A DNA stretch of 64,000 bases from an uncultured Acidobacteriota bacterium (lineage in GTDB: Bacteria; Acidobacteriota; Thermoanaerobaculia; UBA5066; Gp7-AA6). The stretch spans positions 412,257 to 476,256 of the forward strand of contig CAVZNW010000004.1 in NCBI GenBank assembly GCA_963776755.1, in the 5' to 3' direction. Positions 10,137 through 18,845 of the stretch are shown one piece after another. Made by a program: the position numbers and the translations under genes. The notes under the pieces are model-generated. The model had not been told where the DNA came from. It ran no database searches and was given only the letters and a program-made list of their open reading frames with translations. Each line of letters starts with the position of its first letter. Within the stretch, counting starts at the first letter, position 1.

Positions 10137-10203
10137 GGAGTGCGGCGTCGATTCTAGCCGCAGAGGCGTCTGATACGCTGGCGCGCGGCATTTCGGAGGC
10201 CTC

Positions 10204-11037
10204 ATGACTCGCCGCCTTGCGCCGGTTGCCCTTCTCGCCGCCCTCGCGCCTGCGACCGCGCTTTCCGCCGCCGACCCGGGCGTCACGACCAGTTACGACG
10301 TTCCCTACACGACGGTCGCAGGCACGGAGCTGCGGCTCGACATCGCGCAACCGGCCATGAGCGACGGGCCGTTTCCCGCGGTGCTCGTGATCCACGGTGG
10401 CGCGTGGCACGAGGGCGGGCGCGAGGAGAACCACCGCGCCATCTCAGACTTCGCCCGGCACGGCTACGTGGCGGTGTCGCCGCAGTACCGTTTCTGCCCG
10501 AAGGACGTCTTCCCGGCGCAGCTCGAGGACATGAAGGCCGCCGTGAAGTTCCTCCGCGCCAACGCCGGGACGCTCAAGATCGACCCGGCGCGGATCGGGG
10601 CGATGGGCTTCTCGGCCGGCGGGCACCTGGCGCTGCTGCTCGGCCTCGCGGTCCCGCGCAGCGAAGGCGTCTCGGCGGTCGTCGACTTTTTCGGCCCGAC
10701 GGATCTGTCGGCGAAGGACTTCTCGGCCGAGGCGAAGAGCTTCAGCGCGTGCCTGATCGGGGCCCCGGCCGCCGAGAAGCCGGACCTGGCCGCGAAGGCC
10801 TCGCCCGTGACCTACGTCAACGCGGGCGACGCGCCGGTCCTCGTCTTCCAGGGCGCGAGCGACAGGCTCGTTCCGCCGAGCCAGGCCTTCGCGCTCATGG
10901 AGAAGCTCTCGGCCGCCGGCGTTTCCGGCCGCGTCGAGTTCATCCTCGGCGTCGAGCACGGCTGGCAGGGCGCGGAGTGGGACCGGACCTGGAAGGAAAC
11001 CCTCGAGTTCTTCGACTCGCGCCTGAAAAAGCCCTAA
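10204..11037 (+). CDS. Secreted alpha/beta-hydrolase (esterase/lipase fold)
   Basis: Signal peptide MTRRLAPVALLAALAPATALSA. Oxyanion motif HGGAW and nucleophile elbow GFSAGGH. Confidence 0.8.
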   Translation: MTRRLAPVALLAALAPATALSAADPGVTTSYDVPYTTVAGTELRLDIAQPAMSDGPFPAVLVIHGGAWHEGGREENHRAISDFARHGYVAVSPQYRFCPKDVFPAQLEDMKAAVKFLRANAGTLKIDPARIGAMGFSAGGHLALLLGLAVPRSEGVSAVVDFFGPTDLSAKDFSAEAKSFSACLIGAPAAEKPDLAAKASPVTYVNAGDAPVLVFQGASDRLVPPSQAFALMEKLSAAGVSGRVEFILGVEHGWQGAEWDRTWKETLEFFDSRLKKP

Positions 11038-12398
11038 GGCTGACCCCTGTACTTCCGGTGGGGCCGCGTGGCGCGTTCGATCTCGTCGGCGGAGTAGGGG
11101 AGCCCCGGCGTGAGAATCTCGTGGCCGTCCTTCGTGACGAGGACCATGTCTTCGAGGTAGAAGCCCTGGCCCTCGACCGAGAAGATCGGCTCGAAGGCGA
11201 GGACCATCCCGGCGCGCAGGACGTCGGGCATCCCCTCGGCGGGATCGAGCCCGACGCCATGGGCCTCCCAGTACTTGAGGCCGTCCGGCGCCAGCAGGAG
11301 CTCCGCCGCCTTCTTTCCGAGCGGCGTCGCGAGCGAGGGCTGGAGTCGCTTGATCTCGGCGAGGCTCGCGGCGAAGACGTCGTCGCGTTTGACGCCGTCG
11401 CGGAACTGCCGGAGGCCCGCGCGGTAGGCGGCGATCAGGAGCTCCCAGGTCTCGCGCTGGCCGGCGTCGAAGCGCCCCGAGGCCGGAACCGTGCGGCCGA
11501 CGTCGCCGCGATAGTGGTCCACGTCGCAGCCGACGTCGACCCGGACGACCTCGCCGGCCTGCATCGCGCGGTTCAGGTGCCGGTAGTCGGCGAGCGACTC
11601 GAAGGGCGCCGGGAACGCGCTCGTCGGGCCGGCCATCGTCCATGGCCAGAACGACGGCCCCTCGGCGCCGGCGTCGATGCAGGCGGAGACGACGGCGGCC
11701 TCGGCCTCCCGCTGCGGCCGCCCGGGGCGCACGCTCGACATGCCGGCGCGCAGGGCCTGCGAGCTCGCGAGGCCGACGCGGCGCAGGACCTCGATTTCGG
11801 CCGGCGACTTGATCTCGCGCATCCCGGCGAGGATCGCGTCGGCGGGCTTGAGGCGATCGGCGGGCCAGAGCTCCCCGATCGCGTGGTTCCACGCCGCGAG
11901 CGGATCGTCGAGGGCGATGTCGAGCGGGAAGCCGAGGGGCTCGACGCCGCCGATGGTGTACAGGACGACACCGGACGTGTCCTGGCGGCGCGTGAGGAAG
12001 GCGGAGAGTTCCTTGCGCGAGACGACGTGATCGAGGCCGAGCGCCTTCTCCGACTCGGCGCCGGGGGCGATGAGCGGCCGCTTCGTCAGGCCCGAGAATC
12101 CCCGGAGCTTCTCGGGAACGAAGAGCCACGTCTCCTTCGCGGCCCCGTCGAGGGCGAGAACCGCGCCCGCGGCGCTGGCGAGGTTGGTGAAGTAGAAGAA
12201 GTTGGGGTCCTGCAGATAGCCGTACTGCGAGAGGCTCTCCGCGGCGAGCGAAGCGGAGGGCAGCAGCAGGACGCCGTCCGCCATCCGCCGCATCGCCTCC
12301 CCGCGCCGGGCCGCGAACTCGGAGGGGGCCAGTTCGGCGGCCGAAAGCCGGCCCGCCGCCAGCGTCGCGGCCGCGAGGAGAATCGGACGGAATCTCAT
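11034..12398 (-). CDS. M24-family metallopeptidase (Xaa-Pro aminopeptidase/prolidase-like), secreted
   Basis: ORF 11034..12533 trimmed to the signal-peptide ATG at 12398 (MRFRPILLAAATLAAG...). The C-terminal pita-bread-fold segment D..G...HYRGDVGRT and GMVLAFEP fits M24. Confidence 0.75.
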   Translation of the reverse strand: MRFRPILLAAATLAAGRLSAAELAPSEFAARRGEAMRRMADGVLLLPSASLAAESLSQYGYLQDPNFFYFTNLASAAGAVLALDGAAKETWLFVPEKLRGFSGLTKRPLIAPGAESEKALGLDHVVSRKELSAFLTRRQDTSGVVLYTIGGVEPLGFPLDIALDDPLAAWNHAIGELWPADRLKPADAILAGMREIKSPAEIEVLRRVGLASSQALRAGMSSVRPGRPQREAEAAVVSACIDAGAEGPSFWPWTMAGPTSAFPAPFESLADYRHLNRAMQAGEVVRVDVGCDVDHYRGDVGRTVPASGRFDAGQRETWELLIAAYRAGLRQFRDGVKRDDVFAASLAEIKRLQPSLATPLGKKAAELLLAPDGLKYWEAHGVGLDPAEGMPDVLRAGMVLAFEPIFSVEGQGFYLEDMVLVTKDGHEILTPGLPYSADEIERATRPHRKYRGQP

Positions 12399-12444
12399 GG
12401 GCGATGGCCTCCGGGGAGATAATCCCACGCCACGAGGTGAGCCT

Positions 12445-13302
12445 ATGGAAGACGGAAGCGGCGGGGGACTTGTTCGCAACCGCGGCTGCGGCCGGCTGCT
12501 CATCGCGCTCGTGATCGCCGCGGTCGGCATCATCGCCTACATGAGCCGCACCGAGGTCAATCCCGTGACGGGCGAGAAGCAGCACGTGGCTCTCTCGGTC
12601 GACCAGGAGAAGGTCCTCGGGCTCGAAGCGGCGCCGGAGATGGCCCAGAAGATGGGCGGCGACGTCGACCCGAGCGATCCCTCGGCGCGCCTGGTCGAAG
12701 AGGTGGGCCGGCGCGTCGTCTCCCGCAGCAACGCGGGCACGAGCCCGTATGCCGGCAACTTCCGGTTCCATCTCCTCGCAGACCCCGAGACGGTCAACGC
12801 GTTCGCGCTGCCGGGCGGTCAGATCTTCGTCACGCGCGGGCTCCTCGACCGGCTCCAGACGGAGGCGGAGCTCGCCGGGGTGCTCGGCCACGAGGTCGGC
12901 CACGTGATTCACCGCCACGCGGCCGAGCAGATGGCGCAGGGCCAGCTCGGGCAGACGCTGTCCCAGGCCGTCGGCGTTGCGGCGTCCGACGGGTCGGACG
13001 GCGGCCAGCGCGCGGCGATGATCGCGGCGATGGTCAATCAGATGGTGCAGTTGAAGTACGGCCGAGCCGACGAGTCCGAGTCCGACCGCTACGGGATCGA
13101 TGCGATGGCGGCCGCCGGGTACGACCCGAAGGCGATGCTCGAGGTGATGGAGATCCTGGCGAAGGCGAGCGGCGGACAACATCCGCCCGAGTGGCTCTCC
13201 TCCCATCCGCTGCCCGAGACGCGCATCCAGGAGATCCGGGAGTACCTGCGCCAGCGCTCCGCGAGCGACGCGGGGCTCAGCGAGGGGCGGTCGCTGCGGT
13301 GA
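12445..13302 (+). CDS. M48-family Zn metallopeptidase (BepA/YcaL-like), membrane-anchored
   Basis: ATG at 12445 follows GAGGTGA. N-terminal TM segment LLIALVIAAVGIIAY. HEXXH motif GHEVGHVIHRH. Confidence 0.8.
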   Translation: MEDGSGGGLVRNRGCGRLLIALVIAAVGIIAYMSRTEVNPVTGEKQHVALSVDQEKVLGLEAAPEMAQKMGGDVDPSDPSARLVEEVGRRVVSRSNAGTSPYAGNFRFHLLADPETVNAFALPGGQIFVTRGLLDRLQTEAELAGVLGHEVGHVIHRHAAEQMAQGQLGQTLSQAVGVAASDGSDGGQRAAMIAAMVNQMVQLKYGRADESESDRYGIDAMAAAGYDPKAMLEVMEILAKASGGQHPPEWLSSHPLPETRIQEIREYLRQRSASDAGLSEGRSLR

Positions 13303-13987
13303 CGGCCGGCAGGGCGAGCGTCTCGCCCTGGCGGGGAACGATGCGGTTCTGGAAGGCCGGCACCGTCTCGTCCGCCTGGTGGTGGTAGCAGACGACCTGG
13401 CGCGCGTCGATCCGTCCCTTCTTCTCGGCGACGCGCTCGATCAGCCACGGCGAGACGAACGCGAAGTCGAGGTTCTTCATCGCGAGGAGCTGGTCGACGC
13501 CGTCCGTGTCGCCCGTGAAGTAGAGCCGCAGGCCGTGCCAGGTCACGAGGTAGGACGCGTGGCCGATGCGGGCGTGGGGCGTCTCGATAGCCTCGATCTC
13601 GACGTCGCGGTAGCGCATCTTCGGCGCGAACGGGATCGTCCGGTCCTTCGGGACCCGGGCCTCGACGTCCGGCGGCGCGATCAGCAACGCGTCCATCTTC
13701 GCGAAGAGGGGCGCGTCGAAATGGTCCCGGTGTCCGTGCGTCACGAGGCACAGCGCGCCGGGAGCCTTCGGCACGGCGGCGAAGTCGTACGTCATGTAGC
13801 CCGAGTAGCCGGACTCGTAGGGAAAGTCGGTGTAGATCGTCGTCGTCCCGTCCGTGATGGCGAAGGCCATGTTGCCGATGAAGGTGGCGAGCAACGGGAC
13901 CTTGCCCCGGTCTCCCCCTTCCGCCAGGGCGAGGGCGGCCACGAGGGCGGCCCCTGCGGCCAGGGCGGGGATGCGGGACCGGGTCAC
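13277..13987 (-). CDS. MBL-fold metallo-hydrolase, secreted
   Basis: GTG start at 13987 overlaps the stop of the upstream S9 peptidase (GTGA). Signal peptide VTRSRIPALAAGAALVAALALA. Metal-binding motif THGHRDH. Confidence 0.7.
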   Translation of the reverse strand: MTRSRIPALAAGAALVAALALAEGGDRGKVPLLATFIGNMAFAITDGTTTIYTDFPYESGYSGYMTYDFAAVPKAPGALCLVTHGHRDHFDAPLFAKMDALLIAPPDVEARVPKDRTIPFAPKMRYRDVEIEAIETPHARIGHASYLVTWHGLRLYFTGDTDGVDQLLAMKNLDFAFVSPWLIERVAEKKGRIDARQVVCYHHQADETVPAFQNRIVPRQGETLALPAVTAATAPR

Positions 13988-16089
13988 TTCGTGATCCCCA
14001 TCTGCGTCAGCTCGAAGGCGTAGTCGAAGGCGATCTCCTTGAGCTTGTCGTAACGGCCCGACGACCCGCCGTGGCCGCCGGACATGTTGATCTTGAAGAC
14101 GAGCGGGTTCTCGTCGGTCTTCAACGTCCGTAGCTTCGCGACGTACTTCGCGGGCTCCCAGTACATGACCTGCGAGTCGTCGAAAGACGTCTTCACGAGC
14201 ATCGCCGGGTACGCCTTGGCCTCGAGGTTGTCGTAGGGACTGTACGACTTCATGTAGTCGTACTGCTCCTTGATCTTGGGGTTGCCCCACTCCTCGAACT
14301 CGCCCACGGTCAGCGGCAGCGACTCGTCGAGCATCGAGTTGATGACGTCGACGAAGGGCACGCGCGCGACGACGGCGCGGAAGAGGTCGGGCCGCATGTT
14401 CACCACGGCGCCCATGAGGAGCCCGCCGGCCGAGCCGCCCTCGATCACCAGGCGGTCCTTCGACGTGATCCTGTCGGCCGCCAGAGTCTCGGCGCACGCG
14501 ATGAAATCGGTGAAGGTGGTCTTCTTCTTGAGCATCTTGCCCTGGTCGTGCCACGTCTTGCCGAGGTCCCCGCCGCCCCGGATGTGCGCCACGGCATAGA
14601 CGACGCCGCGGTCGAGGAGGCTGACGAGGGTCGAGTCGAAGCCGGCGTCGCTCGGCGCCCCGTAGGAGCCATAGGCCGTCAGGAGCGCCGGCGCCTTGCC
14701 GTCGGCGACGAAACCCTTCCGGTAGACGAGCGAGATGGGGACCTTCGTCCCGTCGGACGCCGTCGCGTGGCGGCGCTCGGAGGCGTACCGCGACGGGTCA
14801 TAGCCGCCGAGGACCTCCTGCTGCTTGAGGAGCTTTCGGTCCCTCGTCTTCATGTCGAAGTCGTAGACGGAGGGCGGTGTGGTGAAGGACTCGTACTCGA
14901 TGCGGAGCGTCTGCGTGTCCCACTCCTTGTTGTTCTGCGCCGCCGCGTAGTAGATCGCCTCGGGGAACTCGATTCGGTAGGAGCTCTCGACCCCGGCGTC
15001 GGCCACGCGGATGCGCGGCAGGGCGTCCTGGCGCTCGTAGAGCACCGTCCAGTTCGCGAAGAGGTCGAAGTCCTCGAGCATGACGTCGTCGCGGTGGGCG
15101 ACGACTTCCGTCCAGTTCTCGCGCTTCGGGTCCGCCGCCGGCGCGAAGACGAGCCGGTTGTTGCGGCCGCGGTCGTTGGTCATGATGAAGAAGCGGTCGC
15201 CGCGGTGGTCGACGGAGTACTCGTGCTCCTGCTCCCGCGGCGCGACGAGCTTGAGCTGCGCGGTCGGTGTGGCCGCCGGCACGTACCGCCATTCGGAGGT
15301 CGTGTGGCTCGCCACCGGGAAGAAGACGTAGGCGCCGCTCCTCGAGCGGAAGGCCGCGACGCGGAAGCGCTCGTCCTTCTCCTCGTAGAGGAGCGCGTCG
15401 GTCGACGGGTCGGCGCCGGCGGTGTGGCGGTAGAGCCGGTACGGCCGCTTGGCCGGGTCGGTCGTCGTATAGAAGAGGGTCTTGTTGTCCGGCGTCCAGG
15501 CGACGGAGCCGACGCGCTCGATCTTCTCCGGCAGGAGCTGACCCGTCGTCAGGTCCTTGATCCGCAGCGTGTAGTCGCGGAAGCCCGTGTTGTCGGTCGT
15601 GTAGGCGAGGAGGTTCCCGTCGTCGGAGACCGTCCGCGCCCAGACGCTCATGAAGCGCTCGCCCTTCGCGAGCTCGTTGACGTCGAGGTAGACCTGCTCG
15701 GGCGCCTCGAGCGCGCCCTTCTTGCGGCAGTAGATCGCGTACTGCTTGCCCTTCTCGGTGCGCGAGTAGTAGTACCAGCCGCGGTCGCGGTACGGGACCG
15801 AGAGGTCCGTCTCCTTGATCCGGCCGAGCATCTCGTCGTACAGAGCCTTCTGGAAGGCCTCGGTCGGCTTCATGAAGGCCTCGGCGAAGGCGTTCTCCTT
15901 CTCGAGGTACGCCTTGACCTCCGGGTTGTCGCGCTCGCGCATCCAGAAGTAGGGGTCGGCGAGCTCCTCTCCGTGCAGCTTTTGCATGTGGGGCACCTTC
16001 TTTGCGACCGGCGTCGCAGCGGGGTCCGCGGCGAGCGCCGGCGACGAGACCGCCAGCATCGAGATGGCGACGGCGGTTCTGAGCGTCAT
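13984..16089 (-). CDS. S9A-family serine peptidase (oligopeptidase B / prolyl oligopeptidase-like)
   Basis: 701 aa. N-terminal beta-propeller region followed by the catalytic domain with GGSAGGLLMGAV (GxSxGG). Signal peptide at the N-terminus. Confidence 0.85.
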   Translation of the reverse strand: MTLRTAVAISMLAVSSPALAADPAATPVAKKVPHMQKLHGEELADPYFWMRERDNPEVKAYLEKENAFAEAFMKPTEAFQKALYDEMLGRIKETDLSVPYRDRGWYYYSRTEKGKQYAIYCRKKGALEAPEQVYLDVNELAKGERFMSVWARTVSDDGNLLAYTTDNTGFRDYTLRIKDLTTGQLLPEKIERVGSVAWTPDNKTLFYTTTDPAKRPYRLYRHTAGADPSTDALLYEEKDERFRVAAFRSRSGAYVFFPVASHTTSEWRYVPAATPTAQLKLVAPREQEHEYSVDHRGDRFFIMTNDRGRNNRLVFAPAADPKRENWTEVVAHRDDVMLEDFDLFANWTVLYERQDALPRIRVADAGVESSYRIEFPEAIYYAAAQNNKEWDTQTLRIEYESFTTPPSVYDFDMKTRDRKLLKQQEVLGGYDPSRYASERRHATASDGTKVPISLVYRKGFVADGKAPALLTAYGSYGAPSDAGFDSTLVSLLDRGVVYAVAHIRGGGDLGKTWHDQGKMLKKKTTFTDFIACAETLAADRITSKDRLVIEGGSAGGLLMGAVVNMRPDLFRAVVARVPFVDVINSMLDESLPLTVGEFEEWGNPKIKEQYDYMKSYSPYDNLEAKAYPAMLVKTSFDDSQVMYWEPAKYVAKLRTLKTDENPLVFKINMSGGHGGSSGRYDKLKEIAFDYAFELTQMGITK

Positions 16090-16133
16090 CGGGCTCTCCT
16101 TCCCGGGCCGGCCGGGGACGGGATCTTATCGCC

Positions 16134-18818
16134 TCAGCGGTCGAGGGACCGGGGCCAGTTCACGACGAGCGTGACGGGTTCGTCGGCCGAGCGCGAAGCG
16201 GGCGCGGCGAGCAGGAAGCGCTGGCCGTCCGCGGAGGCGGCGTAGCTGCTGGCCGATCGGACGCCGAAGAGCGGCTCGGGCGGGCCCGCCTCGAACGGCG
16301 AGGCCGACAGCACCGGCGCGGCCATCAGCGTGCCGTCGGCTCCCAGGAAGAAGAGCTCCCGCCCGTCGCGGCGCCAGCGGGGATACGAGCCGCCGTCCTT
16401 CGAAACGCGCCACTTTCCGCCGGGCCCGGGAAAGGCCGCGACGTACACCTCGAACCGGCCGGTCTCGTCGGAGACGTAGACGAGGAAGCGCCCGTCGGGC
16501 GAGAAGCGCGCATGCCACTCGCTCGACTCGCTCTTGAGGAGAGGCGTCGCCCGGCCGCCGCCCGAGAACGGCAGGATGGCGACGTCGCGCTTCGACCTCA
16601 GGTCGTAGGTCTGGAAGGCGAGAAACCTGCCGTCGCGCGACCAGTCGCTCGGGAACTTCCACTGGGGCGAGGCGAGGACGCTCTTCGGCTCGGCCGCGCC
16701 GCTCGACGCCTGCTCGTAGAACTGGATCATGCCTTCGCGATTCGAGGCGTAGAGGATGCGGCTCCCGTCGGGCGACCAGACCGGCCCCTGCTCGTCGGCC
16801 GGCCCCGCCAGGAACGGGGCGCCCTCGGAGCGAGCGAGGTCGAACATCCAGATGTCCCCCGAATGCTTGACCGGGTCGATCCGCTCCACGGCCGCGCGCG
16901 CGTCGTCGGGCGAGAGCTCGATCCCCCGATAGTGTCCGGGCAGGCCGACGGCGGCGAGGCGGCGGCCCGAGCGGTCGAACCACGCGAGTTGCTTCTCCGA
17001 GTCGAGGCTCGTCTGGTAGACGAGGATGCCGTTGCTCGAGGCGGAGGCGGCGACCGTCCCGAGCTCCGGCACGGACGCGACGCCGGCGGCCACGCGGGAC
17101 GGGCCGCCGTCCAGGCGCGTCTTGCCGGCATCGAAGCGCTGCGCGAGCAGCGCGCCCTCGCGCGGGAAGAGGAGGAACCCCGGCTCGGCGAAGAGCGCGC
17201 GGGCCGGCGAGGCCAGGACCCGCGATGCGCTCGAAGAGCCGAGGGAGCCCGCGTAGGTGCCGCTCTGCTCGGCGTCGGCGCTGCGGACGAGAAAGAGGAA
17301 GTGCTTTCCGTCCGGCAGGAACTGAGGCCGCAGGTGCGCGACGTCGTGGCGGCCGGCATCGAGCTTCGTCGCCGGCGCGGTCTCGCCTCCGTCCGCCGCC
17401 ACGCGCAGGAGCGCGCCGCGGGCGTTCGGGGCGAAGACGACGACGCCGTCCCGGCCCCAGCTTCCGCCCCGCGGATCCGGGGCGTCGGCAATCGTCTCCG
17501 CCGGGCCGCCGTTGGCGTCCATGCGCTTCAGCTTGCCCTCGCCGAAGAAGGCGATCGAGCGGCTGTCCGGCGACCAGAACGGGTCGCGCGCGTCGTCGGT
17601 CGAGGGGAGCGGCCGGGCCGTGATCGCCTCGAGCGGGCGCACCCACAGCATCGGCCGCCCGTCGGGCCCGGTGGCGCCGAAGACGACCCGCGTGCCGTCG
17701 GGCGAGATCGTCGCGGACGCGTCGATCGTGTCGAAGCACGCGTTGTCCGGCGCAGGCAGGAGAAACCGCATCGCCGGAAGCGGCGCCGTCGCGGCCGGGC
17801 GCCGGAGGGCCAGTCCGAGGCCGACGGCGAGCGCGACGGCCGCCAGCGCCGCGGCCGCTGCGGCGATCCACGCGATCCGCTCGCGGGCCGGGCGCGCCGG
17901 CACGGCGGGAAGCGACGCCGCCGCCGCGAGGCTCGGAACGGTCGGCGCCGGCTCGCCGCCGATCGCCCGCAGCTCGAGCGTCAGGTCGCGCGCCGTCTGC
18001 CAGCGGTCGTCGGGGTCCTTGGCCAGGCACCGGCGGATGAGGCGTTCGAGCGCCGGCGGGACGAGCGGCTGGGCCGCGAAGATCGGCTCGGGCTCGGACT
18101 TCAGGATCGCGGCGATCACGCTGGCATGGCTGCCGCCCGAGAAGGCCTTATGGCCGGTCGTCATCTCGTAGAGGATCACGCCGAAGGAGAAGATGTCCGA
18201 GCGGGCGTCGGCCTCCGTCCCCTCGAGCTGCTCGGGCGACATGTACTGGAGAGTGCCGACGATCGTCCCGGTCGTCGTCAGGCCGCCGGGATCGGTGGCG
18301 GCCGTCGACATCGACATCTCGCCGAACACGCCGGTCGGGCGCGCCTGCAGCTTCGCCAGGCCGAAGTCGAGCAGCTTGATCCCCGACTTCGTCAGCATGA
18401 GGTTGCCCGGCTTGAGGTCCCGGTGGACGATCCTCTGGCGGTGGGCGCGGTCGAGCGCGTCGGCGATCTCGACGCCGTAGCGGACGATCTGCTCCGTCGG
18501 CAGGGGCCCCCGGCCGAGTCGCGCCGCGAGCGTCTCGCCCTCGAGAAACTCCATGACGAGAAAGTCGACGCCGTCCTGCTGGCCGACGTCGTAGAGCGCG
18601 CAGATGTTGGTGTGCGAGAGCCGGGAGATCGTCCGGGCTTCCCGCAGGAACCGCTCCCGGCCCTCCGCGCTCTCGGACATGTGCGCCGAGAGCACCTTGA
18701 CGGCGACGACCCGGTCGAGCCGCGTGTCCTTCGCCTGGTAGACCTCGCCCATCCCCCCGGCGCCGATGGGGGCGAGGATCTCGTAGGGTCCCAGGCGCGA
18801 ACCGGCGGACAGGGGCAT
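16134..18818 (-). CDS. Ser/Thr protein kinase 4 with C-terminal TolB-like beta-propeller
   Basis: [31 protein letters not shown]...HRDLKPGN...DFG. TM segment IAWIAAAAAALAAVALAVGLGLAL. WSPDGxxI blades. Confidence 0.9.
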   Translation of the reverse strand: MPLSAGSRLGPYEILAPIGAGGMGEVYQAKDTRLDRVVAVKVLSAHMSESAEGRERFLREARTISRLSHTNICALYDVGQQDGVDFLVMEFLEGETLAARLGRGPLPTEQIVRYGVEIADALDRAHRQRIVHRDLKPGNLMLTKSGIKLLDFGLAKLQARPTGVFGEMSMSTAATDPGGLTTTGTIVGTLQYMSPEQLEGTEADARSDIFSFGVILYEMTTGHKAFSGGSHASVIAAILKSEPEPIFAAQPLVPPALERLIRRCLAKDPDDRWQTARDLTLELRAIGGEPAPTVPSLAAAASLPAVPARPARERIAWIAAAAAALAAVALAVGLGLALRRPAATAPLPAMRFLLPAPDNACFDTIDASATISPDGTRVVFGATGPDGRPMLWVRPLEAITARPLPSTDDARDPFWSPDSRSIAFFGEGKLKRMDANGGPAETIADAPDPRGGSWGRDGVVVFAPNARGALLRVAADGGETAPATKLDAGRHDVAHLRPQFLPDGKHFLFLVRSADAEQSGTYAGSLGSSSASRVLASPARALFAEPGFLLFPREGALLAQRFDAGKTRLDGGPSRVAAGVASVPELGTVAASASSNGILVYQTSLDSEKQLAWFDRSGRRLAAVGLPGHYRGIELSPDDARAAVERIDPVKHSGDIWMFDLARSEGAPFLAGPADEQGPVWSPDGSRILYASNREGMIQFYEQASSGAAEPKSVLASPQWKFPSDWSRDGRFLAFQTYDLRSKRDVAILPFSGGGRATPLLKSESSEWHARFSPDGRFLVYVSDETGRFEVYVAAFPGPGGKWRVSKDGGSYPRWRRDGRELFFLGADGTLMAAPVLSASPFEAGPPEPLFGVRSASSYAASADGQRFLLAAPASRSADEPVTLVVNWPRSLDR

Positions 18819-18845
18819 TGCGCCCTCGATTGTAGGCGGTTACGC

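Noticed and set aside
10404-13206. ORFs 10404..12422 (+) and 10444..13206 (-) spanning the esterase, M24 and M48 genes
   Set aside because: Frame-overlap artefacts. The real genes in this interval have clear catalytic motifs, signal peptides and RBSs.
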